Of a stretch of 64,000 nt of DNA, positions 41,601-52,566 are shown one piece after another (the stretch's first letter is position 1; each line of letters begins with the position of its first letter). A program made the translations under genes and the position numbers. Source of the stretch: Andalucia godoyi And28 (Eukaryota > Protista > Jakobida); NCBI GenBank assembly GCA_009859145.1, contig VRVR01000040.1:1-64000 (forward strand). The letters run 5' to 3'. The notes below the pieces were generated by a model that was not told the DNA's origin, did not search any database, and saw only the letters and a list, made by a program, of their open reading frames with translations.

Positions 41601-42439
41601 AAAAAGCGAAAAAACCGCAAACCCCCGCGTCCAGTGCAGCGAAGAATGCAAAGCCGCCCATCAAGAAGCGAGAAAAGGCGGGTGAAGGAGCGTTTGCGGC
41701 GGACGACGATGTTCACATATCTGAGTCTTCCAGTTCTGTGCCGATCGACAGGGTCCGCAGCCGGACTGGACGGCATGACGACCCGCATTTGCTTTCGGAC
41801 TCGAAAGCGCACGGTGCCTCGGCATCCACCAGGTTGAGTGACGGACCTCGCGAACGCAGAATGGAAGACCACGGAATTGTTTCCGATGTCGATGCCAATT
41901 TCATGTCGGAGATGAATCGGCTCCTTGCTCGACTTGGGTCCACGTCAAAACATGCCGACGAATATTCTCGATATGACAAATCCTACAGGACAGGTGCGAA
42001 TTCCCATTACGACGATCAAGACCATGAGTGGTCATCTCCGATGCAGGTTAGTGATCGAGCGTTTCCCCTCCAGTCTACCTCGCTGTCCTCCTCCGTCGCA
42101 TCTTCCATCGCTGCTCCGGTATCCGTCTCACTCCTGGATTCGCAGCCTGCATCTCGTCGCCAGTCATTTGGATTTCAGCCGCATTTCGTCCCGTCAACGA
42201 AAAGCTCAGCTGACATTCTAATCCCACGTACTTCATTTGTTGGAAGTGCTCCGTTTTCGCAGCAGGATGGTATTCGTCCGTCTCTGCACGGTTCATATAT
42301 TCCTGTTCATGGAGAGCTGCAGCCCCCTCTTCCTCGTGATGATGCGCCTGCGATTGAACTGCCAACTACGAGAAATGTTTCGCAGTATCAATTCTCAGAA
42401 AGTTCGCCACTAAAGCGACTGTCTCGCAATAGCCGGTAG
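38654..42439 (+). CDS. low-complexity/coiled-coil hypothetical protein (2 exons)
   Basis: Exon 1 is 38654-38817 (donor GTATGA) and exon 2 is 38995-42439 (acceptor ATAG). The splice AG+A restores the frame (..SR-R-PSPR..). Confidence 0.7.
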
Positions 42440-42646
42440 TCGTTGATGGACTTTTGGCGACCGAACCGCACTGGTCGACGGACGAAGCATCGTGTCAAAT
42501 AAACAAGCAACCATAATATGAGAAGAAGAAAGAAGAAGAAGAAAGTTTGGCGGAGAGAACCTGAATGTTTACGAAATGTTAGTTGTTTTGTTCCGCGCAC
42601 TTGCGTAATCTATGATACAGTGAATTGTCAAACGGAGGCGTCCTGC

Positions 42647-44144
42647 TTAGGACACTGGCTCTTCTTCAGCCACGCTCAGCAAAGATCTCTGTTTCTTCGC
42701 TTCGTTGTTGAACTCCGCAATTTGCTGATCCGAAAAACTGAAACCGCGTTTGCGATTCCGAGCGGGTTTTTCGTCTTCCGGTGACGTTGGAGAAAACGGA
42801 GGCGGTGGCAATGTCGCCAAAGGCGCGACATCGGTAAAAGGCCGCGTTGGTGTAGGGACACGAACGCCAGCCTTGGCTGCCTTGTCCGCGAGGTTCTTGG
42901 AGTCGGACGCCAGAATAGGATCAATAGGGATTGGAGACAGCGGCTGTTTGGAACGATGCGATCCTCCGTAGTGCGTTTGCTGGCTTTGAGCACTCGAGAG
43001 CATGCCGTCACCGGCCGAGTGGGCAGAAGACATGAACGACGTATTCTGAGACGAGAACGAAGTGTTTGCGGAAGACGGAGCAGAGCCCGTGGATCCCGCT
43101 TCTATCGACGGGACAACAGGGGTTCCATTCATTGCCAAAGACGACTGCGGACCATTTCCACCGTGGATCGACATCCAACTGGGTGGTTCCATCATGCCAA
43201 TCCGGGACACAGATTTCTTATGCGGCCCGGTGGAGTTGGTGAATCCCCACTTCAGCAGATCATCCGGCGAACAGCTTGGGTTCATCGCAGATGCATATCC
43301 GCCCCCAAGATAGCCCGAGTCTCCCATCAGATCGAGCACCATGGGAGTTCGGGGAGAAGGATGCATGCGCCTTTGGAGTCCGTGGATCGAAGCAGGGGAG
43401 AATGACTGCCGTCTGAATTGAGAATTTGAGAAGCCCGACGCAGTTTGCGCATTCACGCTGGAAGACATTACTGGCCCCAATGCTGCGGTTCCAGAACTGG
43501 CATTAGCAGCTGCTGCAGACGAGGAAGACGACGAGGCCGTGGCGTTCGCACTGTTGTTCGCTGCGTACGCGGAAGGAGCATACGGATCCGAGTCTGGAGA
43601 GAAGATGGCGGAGCGAAGATACGGATTTGCTGACTCGGAATCAGCATGGGAGCCGCGTACCGGAGTCGCAGCTACGAGGATGGATGGGGTTCCGAGGGGG
43701 AGAGGGGCATGGAAAGCGCCATTTGGGCTGGCCGCAAACGAGTGATGGGCGGACGAGCTTCCGGAGACTAGTCCCATTGATTGGGCAAGCCCCGAAGAAC
43801 CATGTGAGGACTGCTCCTGTTTGCTGAAAAAGACGACGCCTCCGTGGCCGGATGGCGACTGTGCCTCTGGGAGCAAGCGCAGCGGAGAATGATCGGGGTG
43901 CTTGGAAATGTGTGGCGGTGTAGGCAAGAACGGCTTACCGAGCGAACTTGACAGCATGTGTGATGAGTTCCGTGACGAAGACCCCGGCATGCCCGCGCTT
44001 CCTGGAATCCCCATACTTGCCAGGGACCCAGAGGACCCAGAGGACTTCATCAGAGACCACGAGTATAGCTGCAGTTGCGACTGAGGCTGAGACTCGACAT
44101 GCTGAAATTGCCCATGCTGCTGCTGATGGACCAGCTGCTGCTGC

Positions 44145-44175
<31 letters not shown>

Positions 44176-44866
44176 CTTGTTGCAGCTGTTGGTGCTGATG
44201 CTTCACGACTGTTCGCTCACCTGCAAGCAGCTCGAGTCGGACTCCGACCTCGGACAAGACCTCGTTGGACGGAGCGACTTCCTTCTTCTCCGCCTTTCTC
44301 TTCAACGTCGAGTTCCAATGATTCTTGATCGCATTATCGGTTCTTCCATCCAGAAGCTTCGAGATTGTCGACCACTTGTTTCCAATCACGATATGTGCTG
44401 CAACAATCGTCAGGTCCTCCAAGTCGGTCCACGGCTCTTTTCTGATATTCGTATCGAGGTGATTGTGGAATCTCTCTCTGCACTGCTTCCCAATGCGTCC
44501 ATCAAGCTGACGCGCAATCAGCGACCACTTCTTAGTCCCGTGCTTCTTCACCAGCTCCAGCAGCCTCATGTCCTCTTCCTGCGTCCAAGGACCCTTCACC
44601 GTGTTTGTGTTCATCACTTTTGACCATCGATGCCGACACTGAACCGCCGTCCGTCCCTTCAAACACTCTGAAATCCGCTTCCAGTTCTTCCCTCCAAAAT
44701 CCGACACCGCAGATTTAAGCAGCTCATCCTCCGCCTCCGTCCAGCGCCCCCGAACTCCCTCATCATCTGAACACCCTTCGTCGCTCGACCCGTCGTCATC
44801 CGATTCGCGCTCTCCAACCACCCCACAGTCCCCGATCAACGTCGGAAGTGGTGCTTCATGAGACAT
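42647..44866 (-). CDS. MYB3R: R1R2R3-MYB transcription factor
   Basis: Three MYB repeats ([34 protein letters not shown]; [12 protein letters not shown]; [16 protein letters not shown]). ATG 44866. Confidence 0.9.
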
Positions 44867-44961
44867 TTCCTTCTTCTTCTTCTTCTTCTTCTGATACAAT
44901 GTTGTTACAATTATCAATGATAGTACTGAAGAAATTTGGTGTACAGCCGAACCAAAAAACT

Positions 44962-45029
44962 TGAACAACTACAACTACTACAACAAGAGTAATAATAATA
45001 ACAATAACAATAACAATAACAATAACAAC

Positions 45030-45063
<34 letters not shown>
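44962..45063 (+). repeat. (AAC/AAT)n microsatellite
   Basis: Visible tandem array upstream of the MYB gene. Confidence 0.9.
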
Positions 45064-45065
<2 letters not shown>

Positions 45066-45579
45066 GAAGGAAGAATTAATATTTTTATTAATAAAAAAAC
45101 AGAGAGAAACAAAACAGAGGAAATGCTAAAACGAAAGAAAAGGAGCGTTTCTATCGGAACGTTGCGATTTCCTAAAGGGAAAGAACACGATCGATGGAGG
45201 GTCCAATTAGTGCATGTGCTAGGGTACGAGCAGGCAGGATCGTTGAACTAGTGCTTACACACTGGACGAGTGCGAGTCGCGCGCTTTCAAAAACTCATAA
45301 CGACATTCGCAAACTGGCGGGATTTTTCACCTTGGGCGTGTTTTGTTTATGCTCTTCTTTTATTGTTTACAACAGGCAGAATGGAAGGTGGTTTTTTTTG
45401 TTTTTTGCAGTCCTCAAACTCGAGAGAAACTCAAGCGAGATCGCTCTTAGATCAAAAATGCACGAAAGAGACCAAAACACACGCAGAGAAAAACAACAAG
45501 GAAAACGCAAGTGTACACCAACACAAGGAGAAAGAAGAAGAAGAAGAAGAAGAAGAAGAAGAAGAAGAAGAAACGCGAG

Positions 45580-46332
45580 ATGAGTGCGGTTAATGAAGAC
45601 TTTGCGAAGCTCAATGTCGCGGCTCTTCGGATACGATGCCGTGAAAGTGGGCTGAGCACTGGTGGCAAAAAGCAAGAATTGATCGATCGTCTCGTTTCGT
45701 TGCATCGAGCACAGTTGTCTGCAAAGGCCGCTGACGACCGGGTGTCTACCAACTCGAATGACGACGGTATTTCAGATTCTGATTCTGATTCTGATTCTGG
45801 CTCAGCTCGCAACAGCAGCAGCAGCAGCAGCAGCGGTGGCGACGATGTCGATGAAAGAGAAGAAGCACAGGGAGAGAAAGGTTGGTCAAGCTTCAAGCCG
45901 TCCGCTCGGATTGACTCGATTGCTTATCTGGACAGGCAGTCCGTGACACCAGCGGTGCATGCGCTAGTCGAGCAGGAGCTCTCACGACGCCCACCGCACA
46001 TCCACTCAACTGAGATTCCTGAGCCCGTGCTCCTGTCCACCTTGACGCCGCGGCAATGGAGCGAAAAAGCAAGAATCACCTTTGAGATCATGCGCAAATC
46101 ACCACGACGCATCGGCTTCTCCTCCTCCTCAATGGCCGTAGAGCAGTGGAAACGTGAGGCCACCGAGTATCTCAAGGCTTTGGAGAAGCACGAAAGCCAG
46201 GTGCTGGGTCGCATCCGCAACGAACAGGCGGAAATCAATGCCATCAACCAAACTAGAATGGCCCTTGCCAAACATGTACAAACATACATCTTCAATCACC
46301 TCCATCGTCCCGGGCCTCGCAGCCCTCCGTAA
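45580..46332 (+). CDS. SAP-domain protein
   Basis: FAKLNVAALRIRCRESGLSTGGKKQELIDRL is a SAP motif at the N-terminus. Confidence 0.75.
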   Translation: MSAVNEDFAKLNVAALRIRCRESGLSTGGKKQELIDRLVSLHRAQLSAKAADDRVSTNSNDDGISDSDSDSDSGSARNSSSSSSSGGDDVDEREEAQGEKGWSSFKPSARIDSIAYLDRQSVTPAVHALVEQELSRRPPHIHSTEIPEPVLLSTLTPRQWSEKARITFEIMRKSPRRIGFSSSSMAVEQWKREATEYLKALEKHESQVLGRIRNEQAEINAINQTRMALAKHVQTYIFNHLHRPGPRSPP

Positions 46333-46675
46333 TCGAAAATGACCCAAATGGAAAACAAAGAGGAAAAACGCCCAGGGGATTTTACTGACTGTAAATAATA
46401 ATAATAATAATAATAATAATAATTCCATGTCGACGGCTGTCAACCTGTTTATTCACTTGAATCGGAGGGTTCTTGACTTGACCCGAGGCTGCTGCTTGTG
46501 TCGCTTCAGTATTTGTCATTGCTTTGATTTTCTTCGTTCTTTGCTAATTTCTTACATATATTTTAATTTTTACTGTTGTCTTGTGTTTGGGTATTCCATC
46601 TCTCCTTTTTATTATTATTATTATTATTAGTAGTAGTAGTATTGTTATTGCTTTCTTGAGGAAAAGAAGGTTGGC

Positions 46676-46677
<2 letters not shown>

Positions 46678-46710
<33 letters not shown>

Positions 46711-46730
46711 TGTGTGTGTGTGTGTGTGTG
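46678..46730 (+). repeat. (GA)n(GT)n compound dinucleotide repeat
   Basis: Visible array just upstream of the PSMB6 ATG. Confidence 0.9.
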
Positions 46731-46746
46731 ATTCAGAGAGAGAAAA

Positions 46747-47436
46747 ATGTCCGTGATTGCGTCGAATGTTCAGCATATTGATGATCCATTGTCGGATCTG
46801 TCGCAGCCGCACTCGATGGGAACGACGATTATAGCCGCGGTGTATGCGGACGGAGTGATTCTTGGGGCCGATTCGCGGACATCGACGGGATCGTATGTCG
46901 CAAACCGCGCGTCCAACAAGCTGACGGAAGTCGCTCCGAACATCTATTGCTGCCGCTCGGGCTCGGCGGCGGACACGCAGGCTGTGTCGGACACGGTGCG
47001 CATGCATCTAGGTACGCTGCAAATGGAACTTGGCACGCAGATTGATGTCGCAACGGCCGCAAAGCTGTTTTCTCTCATCTGCTATTCCAACAAGGACAAG
47101 CTCATGGCGGGCATCATTGTTGCGGGATGCTCAGATGCAGAGGGTCCTGCGGTGTACAATATCCCGCTGGGAGGATCAATGCACAAGTTGCCATATGCAG
47201 TGGGTGGTTCCGGCTCCACGTACGTGATGGGATTCTGCGACGCGAATTACAGACAGGGAATGCAGAAGGACGAATGCATCGAGTTTGTCAGAAGAGCTCT
47301 GTCGCACGCCATGGAGAGAGACGGCTCGTCTGGCGGAATCATGAGAACAGTCGTCATCACAAAGGACGGCGTTCAACGAGAAATGTTGCCCCTCGACAAG
47401 TTTGCATACGTCAAGACCATTCCCACATACCAGTGA
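46747..47436 (+). CDS. PSMB6: 20S proteasome subunit beta-1
   Basis: Propeptide ...SMG|TTIIA, then GADSRTSTGSYVANR and CRSGSAADTQA. Confidence 0.95.
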   Translation: MSVIASNVQHIDDPLSDLSQPHSMGTTIIAAVYADGVILGADSRTSTGSYVANRASNKLTEVAPNIYCCRSGSAADTQAVSDTVRMHLGTLQMELGTQIDVATAAKLFSLICYSNKDKLMAGIIVAGCSDAEGPAVYNIPLGGSMHKLPYAVGGSGSTYVMGFCDANYRQGMQKDECIEFVRRALSHAMERDGSSGGIMRTVVITKDGVQREMLPLDKFAYVKTIPTYQ

Positions 47437-47589
47437 TCCATAAAAATGCACCCCATAAGCAGTGGTAATGAACAAAACGAAAATTAAAAAAGTAATCAAA
47501 AATGACGGTGGGGCTTCAAAAGTCTGTACACAAATAGAACACAGAATCCTCTTTTTTTAATCATTCTGCTGCATGCTCTTGGTATCGTA

Positions 47590-48615
47590 CTACCACGCCT
47601 TCTTGGGCTTCGTGCTGGAAGCGGGCTTTGTCACTGCGTTGGATCTGCCTTGGTCAGCGGACTCCGGAAGCTCTTCAGCATCGCTCGCCTTCTTGCTGTT
47701 CCTGTTGTCGTCGTCACCATCACCATCACCCCCATCGTCATCGTCGTCGTCGTCGTCGCCGCAGCTAGAATTGACGTCCTCAGACAAAGATGCATTCTTC
47801 GTGGAGCCGAATGACTTCAGGAGCTTCTGAGAGTCGGACAGCGCGGTGGAGTTTTGCTGCAGCATCGAGGCCAGGACTTCCGTGTCAAAGTGCGCAAACA
47901 TCTTGCAAAGACTTGCGGACAGCGACGCTCGGGCGTTGGCTAGCATGTTCTGCGACTTGGACTCGATCTGATCCCGCTCCGTTACAAGCTGCACATTGCG
48001 ATCTGCAACTGTGGATGCAGTTTCAAACACTGCGTCTCTTTCAGCTCGTGTCGACACTCGTTGCGACATGAAGGCGCGGGTCGCGGTCCACATCTCCTTG
48101 AAGATGCCCGTTCCATACTTCCCAAACAGCAAGTCCACCTGGCCTTCGAGAGTCGCAAACGATGAGCTCCACGCTGCATCAACGCGGCCATCCAGATCGG
48201 CCTCCAGATTTCGGATCTCCACGTGCTGCACCGCAAAGTCATCCATCTTCACGAGAACAATCGTGCGATCCGACTCATAGAAACTGGATATTTTGTGAAG
48301 CGCGTCCTGAAACAAACAGAATGCATCCCGCATCTCAACGAGCGGTTGCAGAACGGTACGCGCCACCGATTCGCACAGCGTGGGGAACGCCTTTTCAACC
48401 ACCGCCATGCGCGGACCATAGGCTTCCACAGTCCGATTGTTGGCGTCGAGCACGGCCCGGACCTTTTCGAGATCCTCACGCTTCAGTCTCCATTGCCTGA
48501 TGAGCTCTTCGTATTCTTGAAACGTCGTTCGAAACGCCTCTCTCTTCTTCTTGCGCTCTTTTTCCTTTTCTTTCGCATCTGCACTGCTGGCAGGCTTTGA
48601 GACCGATGACTCTGG

Positions 48616-48647
<32 letters not shown>

Positions 48648-50061
48648 TGCTGGTAGTGGTGGTGGTGGTCGAGAATGTACTAGTGACAGGAGGAAGCCCA
48701 ATCAGCTCAGCATCATCGTCGTTCTCCAGGGCTTGGCTCGACGATTTGACGTACTGATCAAGCTTCAGCAAAAGGACTCTCGCCTGCGCCGATGCCGTGG
48801 ACTTGTACTCTGCATACACAGCCCTGGCCTTGTCAAAGGCCGCAATATCTGCGCCATGCTGCTCTTTCGCAAGAGCCCCTTGGTTCCATTCGTGGAACTT
48901 GTCTGTGATGGACAGCAGCGACTGCACTGCAGCCTGGAAAATCGAACTATCGGTTCCAAACGGAGTGCTTTTTCCAGACTTTGAGCTCTTCAGCAGTTCC
49001 TGCGAACGAGCAAACACCGGTCTGTACAATGCCAGATCATCAAATCGCGAGAACGAACGCACGGATTCAAGACACGATACCCAGTCGCTGAGCATTTGAA
49101 CAGAGTCTTTGAGATCTGGAATCGATCCCAACAACTTGCTCTCCTTCTTGAGGGCAATCCGGAGCTTCTCTACGTTTGTAGAGATCATTCTTCGGCCCGT
49201 CAGCACCTGCTCGACACGATCGGAAAACTCTCGGAGCATTTCGGCTCGTTCCTTCAGGGCTTTTTCAAACACCATGAACGACTCTTCGGTGCGGACCTTG
49301 TTAGACATTGCTTCGCACGTGCCGGAAAACTCCGAGAGGATCGGCATGTTTCTCTGGATCGACCACTTTTGCAGCGACTTTGCAACAGCTGATCGCTGGT
49401 CAAAATATGCTGCCAAAGACTGCTGCAGTGCAGTAACGGTCTCGACGAACTGCGAGGTTTCGCTCTCGAGGGACTTGCGAATTCCGGCATTCCATTCATC
49501 GAGCGAAGACTTAGTACCTAACTGGGAGACGCCTGCTTTGGAGTCATTCGGAAACGAAGAGCCTCCGCTGGACTGTGGCGAACTGGTCCCGATCGTGGTG
49601 GCCAGCTTCGCCATGAACTGTGCATCAGCAATGCTGTTAAACGTCCGGCAGAGCTCCTGATCGCCGAGCAGGACGTCGTGCAACCCAGCATTGAGGTGCG
49701 ACGACTTTTCAATCATCAGCAGCCGATACTGCACCTGCAGCGCATCTTTGTGTGTCGGATGTTTGCACGTCTTCCTAGCAAGCTTGATGACTTCGTCCAC
49801 ACGCTGCATATATTTGGAAACGTGGTGCTGGAACTTCTGCAGAACATCTCGTCGGTTCGCAACCAGCCTCTTCACATTTGATTGAGCTTCGGTGCTGCAT
49901 ACCTTGAGAAGGACGTTATGAACACCACTCCATAGATTCGCAGACGTCTTTGCATCGCTCAGAATCCGCTGCAGCTCCTTCTTGGATGCCTTTTGAGATT
50001 CCCATATCGCTTTCGGATCCGTGTTTTCTTCACTGTGCACCTTGGATTCTGAACAGCCCAT
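47590..50061 (-). CDS. N-acylated (MGC) helical/coiled-coil hypothetical protein
   Basis: 823-aa ORF beginning MGCSES (myristoylation/palmitoylation pattern), largely helical. Confidence 0.7.
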
Positions 50062-50473
50062 CGTTTTCAGTGTTGTTGTTGTTTAAAGATGCTGCCACTC
50101 ACGTATCCCGAAGTGCTGCTGGCCCATGCATGAAACGTCCTTTGCTTCTTCCCCTCCTTTTGTCTTTTAATTTTTAATTTTTGATGATTATTATTATTAT
50201 TTTTCCTTTCCTCTCCTTGGTCCTGCCGCCTGTGTTTTCATTTTTATTATTTTACTTTTATTATTTTTGGGTTGATTTCCCTCCCAAAAAGAACTCGGTG
50301 AAAAATCGCATTCAGCACAAGCATTAGCAGATCAAATCATCGGACGCTGTGCTGCAGACATCACTTGTCATCAACACGGTTTACTGTGCTGTGCTGACGT
50401 GCTGGGTTCGGGAAATTCTCCTCAATCGGGGGGAAGATCGGGGAATTCTCCGACGAGGAAGCGACGTGGTTAT

Positions 50474-50526
50474 CATGTATACTTCCTTCCGTATGCATGA
50501 CAATGACGTGTTATTATTCAACGGTA
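50474..50526 (-). mobile_element. left-end fragment of the non-autonomous element family (copy C)
   Basis: 53 nt nearly identical to 24795-24847 and homologous to 4181-4233. Confidence 0.7.
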
Positions 50527-50589
50527 CTGCCTGTTTCATTGTGCCAATGAAAAATTAAAAGTACTATTGGGGGCAGGCTGATTGATTAG

Positions 50590-51312
50590 ATGTATTTTCG
50601 ACGAAGGAATTTCTTCTATTTGCGAATTTCGAGGAGCCTGTGTCTTGCTGTGATTCTTCATATTGCAGATGGTGGAAATGGCGAATGGTTTACGAAGGAT
50701 CATTTTGATGCTTTGCTTTCGATGATTAAGGAGTTTTTGCCGCTGAAGCTCTCTGAAACGCTGAAAGGCGAGATTTCTGTCCGCAAGATCAATGAAAAGG
50801 CCAGGTTTGAGCTGTTTCGTGGAGACGGCATGCAGTTTTCATACCAGTTTCGGATAATGAGACCGCGGCATTCGGTTCTGATCAGTCCACAAACCTTCGC
50901 GCATCCATTAACTGCTGCGGAGAACATCACCGTCAGGACTAGCAACAACGATGATGATGATGGTGGTGGTGGTGCTCTTCACCAAGCACATGCAGAGCAG
51001 CCCACTATGAACAACGAAGGAACAGACGATGTCTTTACGAATGGCGCGTCGTGGAGAGTGGTTCGAAGTGCTGGATATGCAATCACTGTCCGCGTTCGAC
51101 AGTATCCTGCACCTAATGGCAGCACCAACATCCGTGACAATCCCAGTTCAGCCGCTCCTTCTTCAGCTGCATCTTTCCCATCAACTGTATCATCAGGCCC
51201 GTCGGCATCCGCACACCCATCCGCACACCCACACTCGCAGATCCCGGTGAATCAGATGCTTGTTCCAACATCTTCTGGTCGTGGACTGCGAAAAAGAAGA
51301 ATTGAAAGCTGA
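50590..51312 (+). CDS. hypothetical protein, possibly SLX4IP/UPF0492-like N-domain
   Basis: YLRIS...LHI...WF...IKE...G.GMQF pattern resembles, from memory, the SLX4IP N-terminus. Weak. Confidence 0.5.
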   Translation: MYFRRRNFFYLRISRSLCLAVILHIADGGNGEWFTKDHFDALLSMIKEFLPLKLSETLKGEISVRKINEKARFELFRGDGMQFSYQFRIMRPRHSVLISPQTFAHPLTAAENITVRTSNNDDDDGGGGALHQAHAEQPTMNNEGTDDVFTNGASWRVVRSAGYAITVRVRQYPAPNGSTNIRDNPSSAAPSSAASFPSTVSSGPSASAHPSAHPHSQIPVNQMLVPTSSGRGLRKRRIES

Positions 51313-51344
51313 GGCCTTCGTTTGTTCCCGACGTCTTGTACATG

Positions 51345-51541
51345 GACACCCGGCAGTACCGGGGCCTTTTCTTTAAAAAAATATCAGTAATAGTAATGAG
51401 CGAATGTGCAGATGGTCACTTCAGGGAGTTCACTTCAATCTCCCTCTTTTTGTTTGACTTAGGGCACACCCATGTAAATCAATGCAGGGATTCCAAGAAC
51501 GGGAGGCGTGAAATGTCCGTTCAATCTTCATGAGTGCCCTA
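51345..51541 (-). ncRNA. candidate Fanzor1 omegaRNA region
   Basis: A stem spanning the stop codon (UAGGGCAC-UCAUG / CAUGG-GUGCCCUA), an inner GAACGG/CCGUUC stem, then AGGGAG/CUCCCU and CCCGG/CCGGG hairpins. Confidence 0.4.
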
Positions 51542-52182
51542 CGCGAGACTCCAGCTCGCTTGGACTGGGAATACCGCGTGGATTCCGACACAAGAGCCGC
51601 GGTCGCCTGAGCCAGCACTGACGAATGTTCATCGCGGCGTTGGCATCGCGGCCCACGCACCGGCGGTCAGATGGACAGTTCACTGTGGCGCAGTGTCTCA
51701 ACCCCCGGGACACGAAGCGCTCACGACGCAATACCGGATTCTCGGGCATCCGCATGAAAAAGGGTACCACCAGGTCGCGGGTAGCCAGACGGTCCAGCAG
51801 CTTGGCCGTCGCCTGCTGCTTCTTGACACGACCGCGGAATCGGCGGCTGTTATGTCACCTAAAATAATAATACCTATCTGATTTATTTTACGAACAAAAG
51901 AATAAAAGAAACAAACCGTCGGTTACACACAAATAGCCAACACACACAAACGGACAAGTCCGTGTCGTTGTCGACATTTTTATCGACAACACTGCGACAG
52001 CTACAACAGAACGAATCCTTGAAATCGGGAAAGGGCAGGTCATTCTCCAACACAAGGGCGAGGTAGTGGTTTAGCAGGAGTGCACTGCGCCACGTGATGA
52101 ACGGCGAATCGTTCACCCAGATCGGGAGGGTATCGTGCTGATCGGGATGGCGCAGCCGCTCTCGGAGCGCAGCTTTCACCAC
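51528..52182 (-). pseudogene. Fanzor1-like nuclease, internally deleted remnant
   Basis: N-fragment VVKAALRERL...WRSALLLNHYLALVLENDLPFP (52182-~52000). C-fragment RRFRGRVKKQQATAKLLDRL...SRGLRHCATVNC...GRDANAAMNI...RRPRLLCR (51854-51528). RuvC-I and RuvC-II are missing. Confidence 0.75.
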
Positions 52183-52566
52183 CTACACCATCGGGTTCCG
52201 AAAATGTGCAAGTATGAAACTGACGGAACAGACAAACCGACAACGTGTGGCGAAGTGTGAGGAGGATGTGGTGCCAAATAAAAACGGTGAAATATCAAAA
52301 TACGAACGCAGCAGTGTTTTATTCAATATTTTATTTGACACAACGAAGTCCAAGGTGAAACGAGAGAAACGGAAAGGGGAAAAGAAGAGCGGTTTAAGGA
52401 ATTGCTGGAATTTCTGAATTGAATTTTAGGGAAGCGCCCGTATTGTTCTTATTTATTTATTTTTAATTGTTTTACGATATCCAACACATGACAAGACAAA
52501 CAGAAGAATGGATGGGACATGGGACATGGGGCACGGAACCATCGACTATTCTGAGAAAACGCGGGG

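Noticed and set aside
51358-52442. Possible TIR pair for the Fanzor1 element (CGGGGCCTTTTCTTTAAAA vs CGGGCGCTTCCCTAAAA)
   Set aside because: Too many mismatches in low-complexity sequence to support from one copy.
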